Assembly: GCA_003221005.1 (NCBI GenBank)
Contig: QHTZ01000102.1
Span: 1-26,489 of the forward strand
Source of the DNA: Gemmatimonadota bacterium
GTDB lineage: Bacteria; Gemmatimonadota; Gemmatimonadetes; Gemmatimonadales; GWC2-71-9
Direction: 5' to 3'
Length of the DNA: 26,489 nucleotides
The position numbers and the translations under genes were made by a program. Shown here piece by piece: positions 17,741 to 24,843 of the stretch (positions are counted from its first letter, which is position 1; each line of letters starts with the position of its first letter). Under the pieces are notes generated by a model. That model saw only the letters and a list, made by a program, of their open reading frames with translations, searched no databases and was not told the DNA's origin.

Positions 17741-19138
17741 GTGGGCGCGAGCTTGATCGAGGCCATCATGCCGCGGATCATCGCTCTGATCCCGCTCGTC
17801 CCGGCTATGTGCGCAGGGCTCGCGTTTCTCGTCTTGACCTTCTGGCGCCCCGCAGCGGGCTGCGGCCTGCTCGTGCTGTTGACGCCGCTGACGACTGGCC
17901 TGGGTCGAGGCACGATCGTGCCCTTCCTGCGCCCAAACGAAGCCCTGCTGCTCGCTCTCCTCGCGGGCCTTGCCCTGCACCGCCTTCACCACCCGCATCC
18001 GCGACCGATCACGAGCCTCGACCTGGCGGTCGGAAGCTTTGCCATCGGCACGGTCGTCGTGCCCTCCCTCGTGCTTTTGGTCTCGAACCAACCCGGTCTC
18101 CCGGGCGCGGACACACTCCATGATGTACTGGCGCCGGCGCAGTTCCTGCTGGTCTATCTGGTCTTCTCGAGGACCCCGTTCTCGAGCCGCAGCGTGCCGA
18201 TGATCCTCAACCTCGCGATGCTCGCCGGCGTCATTGTGGGTCTGGTGGCCATCGCGGAACTCGTGGACGTGGGCGGGATTCGGGAGCTGATGGCCAGGTA
18301 CTACCCGGTTCCCGTCACGCCAAGCTGGGATCCGGTCTACAGGCCGATGTCGACGCTCGGCCACTACAGCGCGGTCGGGGCTTTCGGAGCCATGAACTTC
18401 ACCCTGGCCCTGTCCCTGGCGACCGCGCGCCATCCCGACTTCTCCGGACCCTGGTTGATCGTGGTGATGGTGGTGAACCTGGCGGCCGTGGTCGTCAGCC
18501 TGACGTGGGCGCCGCTGTTGGTGATCCCGCTCGTGGCCGTGATCATCCTCTGGCACGGACGTCACGTACCGTGGGAGCTTGGCGTCACCGTCGTAGCCCT
18601 CGCCGTCGCCTTCGTCGTTTTCTGGCCGGCCGTCAGCGAGCGCATCGCCCAGCAGGGTCTGGCCTCGTCAGTCGGCCTGGTGGTCCCCCAGACCTTTCAG
18701 ACTCGCCTTGACCACTGGCAGCAATTCTTCCTGCCGGCGCTTGCGGACCACGTCTGGCTTGGGAGCGGGACGATCATCCCGAGCATCGTCCCGACGCCAT
18801 TGACCGATTTCGTCGACAACGAGTACCTGCGTGACGCTTTCCGGGCGGGTGTCGTGGGTCTGATGCTCCTGCTGGTCATGTTGCTGGCGATCGCCCTGAC
18901 CGGGTGGAGGAGCCGGCGGGCCGGCTCCGATCCGACGGCGCGGAGTCTCGGAAGCACGTGCCTGGCCCTTGTCGTATTCCTGGCGCTGATTGGAGTGACC
19001 GCCGAATACCTCTTCTTCGGCGGCGTCTCTCAGGAGTTCGCGATGCTGGTCGGGCTGCTGGCGGCTCAGAACCTGGTCGAGGCCCGCGTGGAGCAGCGAT
19101 CAGCGACGGGCTCGCTCACATCCCATAGCCCGGCTTGA
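17741..19138 (+). CDS. Wzy-like polymerase / O-antigen ligase-family membrane protein
   Basis: Polytopic; RPMSTLGHYSAVG, TRLDHW, WLGSG and VDNEYL...GVVGL match the Wzy_C-type loop layout; directly follows wzx. Confidence 0.8.
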   Translation: MGASLIEAIMPRIIALIPLVPAMCAGLAFLVLTFWRPAAGCGLLVLLTPLTTGLGRGTIVPFLRPNEALLLALLAGLALHRLHHPHPRPITSLDLAVGSFAIGTVVVPSLVLLVSNQPGLPGADTLHDVLAPAQFLLVYLVFSRTPFSSRSVPMILNLAMLAGVIVGLVAIAELVDVGGIRELMARYYPVPVTPSWDPVYRPMSTLGHYSAVGAFGAMNFTLALSLATARHPDFSGPWLIVVMVVNLAAVVVSLTWAPLLVIPLVAVIILWHGRHVPWELGVTVVALAVAFVVFWPAVSERIAQQGLASSVGLVVPQTFQTRLDHWQQFFLPALADHVWLGSGTIIPSIVPTPLTDFVDNEYLRDAFRAGVVGLMLLLVMLLAIALTGWRSRRAGSDPTARSLGSTCLALVVFLALIGVTAEYLFFGGVSQEFAMLVGLLAAQNLVEARVEQRSATGSLTSHSPA

Positions 19139-20153
19139 TCGTGCCTGCGGTAGCCGCCCCGACAGCCTGGATCATCTCGGTCCACGGGGCGGAGAAGTCG
19201 CCCGCATCCCAGTTCTGGTAGAGCCCGAAGCCGGACTCATGCATCACGAAGTGCACCCAGGAGACGCCCAGCTGGTTGAAGTCCGCGAGATCGTCCGGCA
19301 CGTACGCGGTGCCCTGCGAGAGGGGCGCGCCCACCTCGCCGACGAGAAACGGCCGCTTTGTCGGATTTGAGGGATCGGCGCCCGGAAAGTTGCAGCCCTC
19401 GGTCCCCATCGGCGCGTAGCAATGACCCGACCAGAGGATGCGGTCGCCATTGACCGATGGCAGATCCCAGTCGGCTGAGCTGACCTCGAGCAGTACGAAA
19501 TGGTTTGGATCGGCGGCGGTAATCGCGTCGTAGACCCCTTGCGCCCAGGAGTCGTAAGCGGCGACTGAGGGCGGCGCGGGCTCGTTGAACACGTCGTATC
19601 CGGCGATCGTGGAGTTGGCCTGGTAATGACTGGCGAAGTCGGCCCAGAAGTCAATCAGCGCCTGCTGGTTGGGCGCCGAGCTCCAGAATCCGTCCTGGCC
19701 ACCGTATCCACCGTCGGTGCCTCCGGGCGGCTCGTACATGACGGGGATCAACCAGAGATGATTGGCCATCGCCCAGGTGACTTGCCGATCGACCACGGCG
19801 AAGAACCTGGCGCGGTCAGCCGCGTACCAGGAATAGTCGAGACCGAAACGGATCACGTTCTCGCCCAGGACGCCGCTCGCCTGCTCATAGTCGGCGGTGT
19901 TGACGTTGATCAGGCTGATGTCCGGCCCGCCGCAGCAGGACAGCGCCGGCTCGTTGTTGAAATTCTCACCCCGCAGCACCACGTCCTGGCCTCCGTAGAC
20001 GAGCTTGCCGTCGCTGACAGTGAGGTAAGAAGAATCCGTGACAGGACGGGCCAAGTCTGCGGTCGCCGAAACCGAGGCGGGCTGCGCGGAGCTGGCCGGC
20101 GTCAGCAGCGCGGCCAGCAAGCTTGCAAGCAGGGCGATCTGGGTGTGACGCAA
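19116..20153 (-). CDS. Secreted GH5-family glycoside hydrolase
   Basis: Signal peptide (MRHTQIALLASLLAALLTPASSA; TTG 20153 with GGAG 6 nt upstream, GTG 20177 alternative), LRGEN, NVIRF, IAGYDVFNEP (acid/base), SGHCY, PFLVGEVG (nucleophile). Confidence 0.87.
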   Translation of the reverse strand: MRHTQIALLASLLAALLTPASSAQPASVSATADLARPVTDSSYLTVSDGKLVYGGQDVVLRGENFNNEPALSCCGGPDISLINVNTADYEQASGVLGENVIRFGLDYSWYAADRARFFAVVDRQVTWAMANHLWLIPVMYEPPGGTDGGYGGQDGFWSSAPNQQALIDFWADFASHYQANSTIAGYDVFNEPAPPSVAAYDSWAQGVYDAITAADPNHFVLLEVSSADWDLPSVNGDRILWSGHCYAPMGTEGCNFPGADPSNPTKRPFLVGEVGAPLSQGTAYVPDDLADFNQLGVSWVHFVMHESGFGLYQNWDAGDFSAPWTEMIQAVGAATAGTIKPGYGM

Positions 20154-20315
20154 AGTCGGCTCCAACAGCCAGTTCACCGCACGACCCCGGAACCCGTCAA
20201 CCCGGCAAGAGCCACCGCGCATGGGCGCTCGTCCCAAGCAGGCACGATGCTGTCCCGAGGCGGAGCTGGCGAACCCATTGCCGAGTGGCGTGCCCGCTGC
20301 TTTGGTTGAACCGAG

Positions 20316-20888
20316 ATGGGGAGCCGGGGAGTCACGATTCACCAGACCGCAGAGGTGTCGCCAGATGCCGCCGTCGGTGCGGGAACCAGGGTCTGGAACG
20401 AAGCCCAGGTCCGGGAAGGCGCCCGGGTCGGTCGCGACTGCATCCTCGCCAAGGGGGTGTACGTGGACGCCGGCGTCGTGGTCGGCGATCGCGTCAAGCT
20501 CGAGAATCGGGTGTCCCTGTTTCGGGGAGCGCGTCTGGGTTCGGGCGTGTTCGTCGGACCCCACTCATGCCTGTTGAACGACAAGCGGCCTCGCGCGACC
20601 ACCCTGGGAGGCAGGCCGAAGCGGGAGGCGGATTGGATCGTGAGCGGCGTGACGGTCGCCGAAGGAGCCTCGATCGGGGGCGGCTGCACCGTCCTGCCGG
20701 GCGTCCACATCGGACGTTTCGCGATGGTGGGAGCGGGCGCGGTTGTCACCCGAAACGTACCGGATCACGGTCTGGTGGTAGGCAATCCCGCGCGGCTGGT
20801 CGGCTACGTCTGCGAATGCGGTTGCCGGCTGCAGGCGGACGGCACCTGCGCGAGCTGCGGCGTTCGCCTCGAAGCTATGCCGGCCTGA
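20316..20888 (+). CDS. WbpD/WxcM-like hexapeptide-repeat sugar N-acetyltransferase with Cys-rich C-terminus
   Basis: IHQTAEVSPDAAVGAGTRVW, GVFVGP..LLNDKRPR, GASIGGGCTVLPGV, AMVGAGAVVTRNVP, VVGNPARLVGYVCECG...CASCG. Confidence 0.9.
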   Translation: MGSRGVTIHQTAEVSPDAAVGAGTRVWNEAQVREGARVGRDCILAKGVYVDAGVVVGDRVKLENRVSLFRGARLGSGVFVGPHSCLLNDKRPRATTLGGRPKREADWIVSGVTVAEGASIGGGCTVLPGVHIGRFAMVGAGAVVTRNVPDHGLVVGNPARLVGYVCECGCRLQADGTCASCGVRLEAMPA

Positions 20889-21285
20889 AGGCGGGGCCCG
20901 CCTCGACCAGCTCGGTGAGGATCGAACCTCTGAGCATGACGAAACACACCCGCCGGCCTTCGAAGGCCACCGCCGGCGTCGGCCGACCGAGGAGCCGCGC
21001 CCCCCTGGCCTGGAGCTTTTGCAGCTCCGGCTCCAGCGCGTCAGCCAGGAATGCCTGGTGGTAGATGCGCACACCTCTCGCGAGCCAGCCGTCGAGCACT
21101 GTCGATCCGGGTAGCTGCTCGAGCACCTCGAGCTGCGGTCCGCAGCCACGCAAGAACAGGCCCCTGACGCCCAGCACCGGATCGGTGAACGGCGTTCCCA
21201 CCGCCGCATAACCGAGGCTGGACAGGGCGTCGACCTCCGCGGTCAGGTCGGGCGAGGCGACGCCAAGATGATGAAAGGTCAGCAC
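20875..21285 (-). CDS. VOC-family protein (methylmalonyl-CoA epimerase/glyoxalase-like)
   Basis: FHHLGVASPDL, LEVLE, IYHQAF, AVAFEGRRVCF, LTELVE give an H/E/H/E metal-ligand pattern. Confidence 0.85.
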   Translation of the reverse strand: MLTFHHLGVASPDLTAEVDALSSLGYAAVGTPFTDPVLGVRGLFLRGCGPQLEVLEQLPGSTVLDGWLARGVRIYHQAFLADALEPELQKLQARGARLLGRPTPAVAFEGRRVCFVMLRGSILTELVEAGPAFRPA

Positions 21286-21875
21286 GCTGTTTCAGCGCTC
21301 CTGCATGCGACCGAGGCCACGCCCGCCGGCAGCCGCCACGACCACACGCGCCATTCCGGTGTCGTCCGCTCGGATAGGTCAGCGCCCAGCCAGTCGAGCA
21401 GGTTGGCGCCATCTGCTTTCGCCATCGCCTCCTTCTGCGTCCACAGCCGGTAGAAGCCTGCCCGGCCGCCGGAGGGGCCGGCACGTCGAAGGCGGCGTGC
21501 TTCTTCGGGTGCGAAGAACCGGTCCGCCAGGCCCCTCCAATCCAGGCCGGGCCGGAACAGCTCCACGTCGACCCCGACCTCGCCTCCTTGAGTCAGCGCG
21601 TAGAGGACGCGGTCTCTTGAGTGCGACACGCTGAAGCGAAGCGGTGGCTCACGCGCTGGAGATATCAAGATCGGCTTGCCATTGGACTCACGTCCGACAT
21701 GGATGCTGCGCGGCGTGACGCCCAGATAGCGCGCGAGGCGGACGCAAAGCTGGCTGTGACCGGCTTGCCGTTTCAGCGAGCCCAACCAGACGTGCACCTC
21801 TCCCGGCTCCAGCGGAGCAAAGTCCTCGATCTGCTTCGAGCGCTTGTCAGGAGCGGCCAGGACAAGAAGCTTCAC
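21279..21875 (-). CDS. Sfp-type 4'-phosphopantetheinyl transferase
   Basis: NGKP, FSVSHS, VGVDVE, FYRLWTQKEAMAKADG. Confidence 0.92.
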   Translation of the reverse strand: MKLLVLAAPDKRSKQIEDFAPLEPGEVHVWLGSLKRQAGHSQLCVRLARYLGVTPRSIHVGRESNGKPILISPAREPPLRFSVSHSRDRVLYALTQGGEVGVDVELFRPGLDWRGLADRFFAPEEARRLRRAGPSGGRAGFYRLWTQKEAMAKADGANLLDWLGADLSERTTPEWRVWSWRLPAGVASVACRSAETAC

Positions 21876-22369
21876 GCCCGGATCGGCTTCAGGTTGCGGT
21901 AGAACTCGACCGCCGACGCGTTCGGACCGAGGGGCACTCCACAGCGCGCCACCGGTCGGGCCGGATTGCCCTGCACAAGGGTCATCTCCTGTACGTTGCC
22001 GGACACCACGCTGCCGGCGGTCACCACCGCCCCACGACCGATCGTGACGCCGGGCAGGATGATCGCGCCCGGGCCGACCCAGGCCTGATCTTCGACCCTG
22101 ACGGAGACGGTACCGCGGGCCAAAAGCGTCGGGGTCACGTCATTGAAGTGGGCGATGATCATGCTGCGCGCACCGAGGAAAACGTCGTTCCCTATCGAGA
22201 CCAGCTCCGGATGCATGGTCTCGATGATCACGTCGGTGCTGATGAAGACCCCCTGGCCGATGTCCACCCCTCTCCAGCGGTGCAGGCGCAACCTGAGGTT
22301 GCTTCCTCCAGGAAGGAACAGAGCAGCCACCTGGAGAAGGCGGATCTTGACAGCGCGGAGAGTCTTCAT
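21872..22369 (-). CDS. Left-handed beta-helix (hexapeptide-repeat) acyltransferase
   Basis: RGVDIGQGVFI, PELVSIGNDV, IIAH, AWVGPGAIILPGVTIGRGAVVTAGSVV, VQGNPAR. Confidence 0.88.
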   Translation of the reverse strand: MKTLRAVKIRLLQVAALFLPGGSNLRLRLHRWRGVDIGQGVFISTDVIIETMHPELVSIGNDVFLGARSMIIAHFNDVTPTLLARGTVSVRVEDQAWVGPGAIILPGVTIGRGAVVTAGSVVSGNVQEMTLVQGNPARPVARCGVPLGPNASAVEFYRNLKPIRA

Positions 22370-22375
22370 GTGCGC

Positions 22376-22675
22376 CTAAGCGGAGCGCGCCTCGCCCTGG
22401 GACAGCTTCATCCGCAGCAATGCCTGCAGCTCGCCGAAAGTGGCCGACGCCCGCAGCTCCTCGAGCTCATCGTCATCGAAGCGAACGGCGAAGCTCTTCT
22501 CCACTTCGAAGATGACGTTGATCTGAGAGAGCGAATCCCATCCGGGGATGTCGGTGTATGGGGTGGCGGCCGCAAGCCGAACATCCGGCACCCGGAACAG
22601 TTTCTGCACTATCTCGACCAGCGTCGGGTGCAGTGCCCCGAGATCGCCTCCACCTACGAAGGGGAGGGCTCTCAT
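22376..22675 (-). CDS. Acyl carrier protein
   Basis: DIPGWDSLSQINVIFEVEKSFAVRF (DSL phosphopantetheine serine) and TFGEL. ATG 22675 is 7 nt after TATACT. Confidence 0.88.
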   Translation of the reverse strand: MRALPFVGGGDLGALHPTLVEIVQKLFRVPDVRLAAATPYTDIPGWDSLSQINVIFEVEKSFAVRFDDDELEELRASATFGELQALLRMKLSQGEARSA

Positions 22676-22682
22676 CGACTCG

Positions 22683-22717
22683 AGTATATGAACGAGGCCG
22701 GAAGGGCCGGCATGAGC
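22683..22717 (-). promoter_or_regulatory. Putative leaderless promoter GCTCATGCC-N20-TATACT
   Basis: Near-consensus -10 box, ATG 7 nt downstream, GCTCAT shared with the 1297 promoter. Confidence 0.6.
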
Positions 22718-22747
22718 TTCTTCGCCATAGTCCCAGGACAAGACGCC

Positions 22748-22776
22748 CATCGGGATTCCCGATGTCCCAAGGGACA
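22748..22776. repeat. Two overlapping palindromes: CATCGGGA-T-TCCCGATG and TGTCCC-AA-GGGACA
   Basis: Perfect 8+8 and 6+6 inverted repeats between the divergent ACP and FkbH starts. Confidence 0.55.
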
Positions 22777-22804
22777 ACGCGGTAGCGCAGGATCGTTTTT
22801 CACC

Positions 22805-22834
22805 TTGCGGCGACGTGCACGCCCGGCACACACT
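22805..22834 (+). promoter_or_regulatory. Possible sigma-70-type promoter TTGCGG-N18-CACACT
   Basis: Ends 8 nt before the FkbH ATG; imperfect -10 box. Confidence 0.3.
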
Positions 22835-22842
22835 CGAATGGC

Positions 22843-24843
22843 ATGGACGGAGCAGGGATCCTCGCGCCCAAGCTCGACCCTACCCGAGAAGATCTGCAGC
22901 GTGCTCTCGATCGCCAGCTGAAGGCAATCCCGGCCAGCGGCGCGGTGGGGTTCGAACGGTCCCTGGAGATCGCCGCCGCCTGCCGGCAGCTCGGACAGCC
23001 AGACTCGGCGTACGGCTGGCTGCGGCAGGCGGCACTTGAGGCAGAGACCTTCCTCCAGTGGCAGGCGGCGGCGCTCACCTTCAGGGACATGAGACGCGAA
23101 GCCGCTCCCAGGGCCAGGCGCAAGGCCCGAGTGGCGGTGCTGGGCAGCTATACGACGTCCCAGCTGGTGCCGCTCCTCGGTCTGGCGGCGTTCCGAGAAG
23201 GGGTCGACGTCGAAATCTATGAGAGCAGGTACGGGCAGTACAGCCAGGACCTGATCGACCCCGAGAGCGAGTTGCACGCCTTCCACCCCGAGGTGGTCAT
23301 CCTTGCCGTTCACGAGGGGACGCTCCGCTTGCCGGAGCTGAGCGACGATCCAGACGGCGCGGTCGGCGCCGAGCTCGAACGCTGGCGGGAGCTCTGGGCG
23401 CTGGCAAGCGAGCGTTCGTCGGCGCGCGTGATCCAGCACACGTTTGTGACCCACCCGGCCCTACCGCTCGGACACATGGCGGGCAGGCTCGGGTCGCGTT
23501 ACGCGATGATCCAGATGCTCAACTCTCGCATGATGCGAGAGGCCCCCGCCGAGGTCGCGTTCGTCGATTGCGAGAGGCTGGCTTCGTGGTGCGGGAAGCG
23601 CGCCTGGTTCGACGACCGCTACTGGTACCTGACCAAGCAGGCGGTCGCCCCGGACGCCCTGCCGCTGCTCGCCTGTCACACCGCCGCGGTGCTTGCGGCG
23701 ACGCTTGGCTTGAGCAGGAAATGCCTGGTCCTCGACCTCGACGGCACCCTGTGGGGCGGAATCATCGGCGAGGATGGGCTGAGCGGGATCACCCTGGGCG
23801 GCGGCCCGGCCGGAGAGGCCTTCGTCGACTTCCAGTCGTTCCTCCTCGGTCTGAAGAAGAAGGGAATCCTCCTGGCGGTCGCCTCCAGGAATGACGACTC
23901 CGATGCCCGGCTGCCCTTTGAAAAGCACCCCGACATGCGCCTACGGCTGGCCGACTTCGCCGCCTTCGTCGCCGGCTGGAAGGACAAGGCGAGCGATCTG
24001 CGCGACATCGCCGGCGAGCTGGGGCTGGGACTCGACGGCCTGGTCCTTGTCGACGACAGCCCCGTGGAGCGCGCGCTCGTGCGCGCTCAGCTGCCCGAGG
24101 TCGACGTGGTGGAGCTGCCAGCGGATCCGACGGAGTACGTCCGGACGCTGACGGGCTACCTCGGCCTCGAGACGGTGACTCTGACGGACGAGGACACTCG
24201 GCGCACCGAGCAGTATGTGGCCCGGCGCGAAGCGAGCCGGCTGGCGGGGGCCACCGGCAGTCTTGCCGAGTTCCACCGCAGCCTTGAGATGTCGGCTCGT
24301 GTGACGCCCTTCGACCAGCAGAACATGGCACGCGTCGCGCAGCTGATAGCAAAGACGAACCAGTTCAACCTGACCGGGCGGCGCCCCGGACTCGCTGAAC
24401 TGAATGCGCTCGTGCGGGATCCGAACACCCTGCATCTGTGCCTCAGGCTGCGGGACCGCTTCGGCGACCACGGCCTGGTCAGCGTCCTGCTCGGACGGCA
24501 GGACGGCGAGGCGATTGAGATCGACGTCTGGGTGATGAGCTGCCGTGTGCTCGGCCGCACCGTCGAGGCCAAGATGATCGAGCACCTCTGCCGAGAAGCC
24601 GCCGCCCGCGGCAGTCGCCGCGTGCGCGGAACCTATATCCCTACGACCCGCAACGAGCTGGTGCGAGACCTGTACGCGGATCTCGGCTTTGAACTGATCG
24701 CCGACACGGCCGGAACGACTACCTGGGAATATGACCTGTCAGGCAGGGGAGCGATCCGCAACGATCTCATCGCGGAGTGGGCGGACGATGGGTCGCGCCC
24801 GGCCGTCTCCACGCCGGAGGACGCCATCGCGTTGCCAAGATGA
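22843..24843 (+). CDS. fkbH: FkbH-like HAD-IIIC protein (glyceryl-ACP synthase family) with N-terminal extension
   Basis: VAVLGSYT, KCLVLDLDGTLWGGIIGEDG, GILLAVASRND, LVDDSPVER, QLIAKTNQFNLT, DRFGDHGLV, WVMSCRVLGR (acyl-carrying Cys). Confidence 0.93.
   Translation: MDGAGILAPKLDPTREDLQRALDRQLKAIPASGAVGFERSLEIAAACRQLGQPDSAYGWLRQAALEAETFLQWQAAALTFRDMRREAAPRARRKARVAVLGSYTTSQLVPLLGLAAFREGVDVEIYESRYGQYSQDLIDPESELHAFHPEVVILAVHEGTLRLPELSDDPDGAVGAELERWRELWALASERSSARVIQHTFVTHPALPLGHMAGRLGSRYAMIQMLNSRMMREAPAEVAFVDCERLASWCGKRAWFDDRYWYLTKQAVAPDALPLLACHTAAVLAATLGLSRKCLVLDLDGTLWGGIIGEDGLSGITLGGGPAGEAFVDFQSFLLGLKKKGILLAVASRNDDSDARLPFEKHPDMRLRLADFAAFVAGWKDKASDLRDIAGELGLGLDGLVLVDDSPVERALVRAQLPEVDVVELPADPTEYVRTLTGYLGLETVTLTDEDTRRTEQYVARREASRLAGATGSLAEFHRSLEMSARVTPFDQQNMARVAQLIAKTNQFNLTGRRPGLAELNALVRDPNTLHLCLRLRDRFGDHGLVSVLLGRQDGEAIEIDVWVMSCRVLGRTVEAKMIEHLCREAAARGSRRVRGTYIPTTRNELVRDLYADLGFELIADTAGTTTWEYDLSGRGAIRNDLIAEWADDGSRPAVSTPEDAIALPR

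Noticed and set aside
20273-20306. ACCCATTGC-N19-TTTGGT before the acetyltransferase
   Set aside because: Spacing fits the shared motif but the -10 box lacks the conserved A; too weak to call.
20178-20564. N-terminal extension of the GH5 ORF
   Set aside because: Overlaps the acetyltransferase antisense; the signal peptide marks a start at 20153-20177.
1267-24585. Many long antisense or alternative-frame ORFs (e.g. 1267-2517, 2783-3805, 5366-6244, 7317-8327, 17651-18565, 20123-21064, 22672-23454)
   Set aside because: Arg/Ala/Pro-rich shadows expected in GC-rich DNA; each overlaps a gene with clear family motifs.
20875-24843. Reading ACP/PPTase/FkbH as part of a PKS/NRPS or tetronate cluster
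   Set aside because: No KS, AT, C, A or FabH-like gene in the window and the context is entirely polysaccharide; cannot be excluded beyond the right edge.
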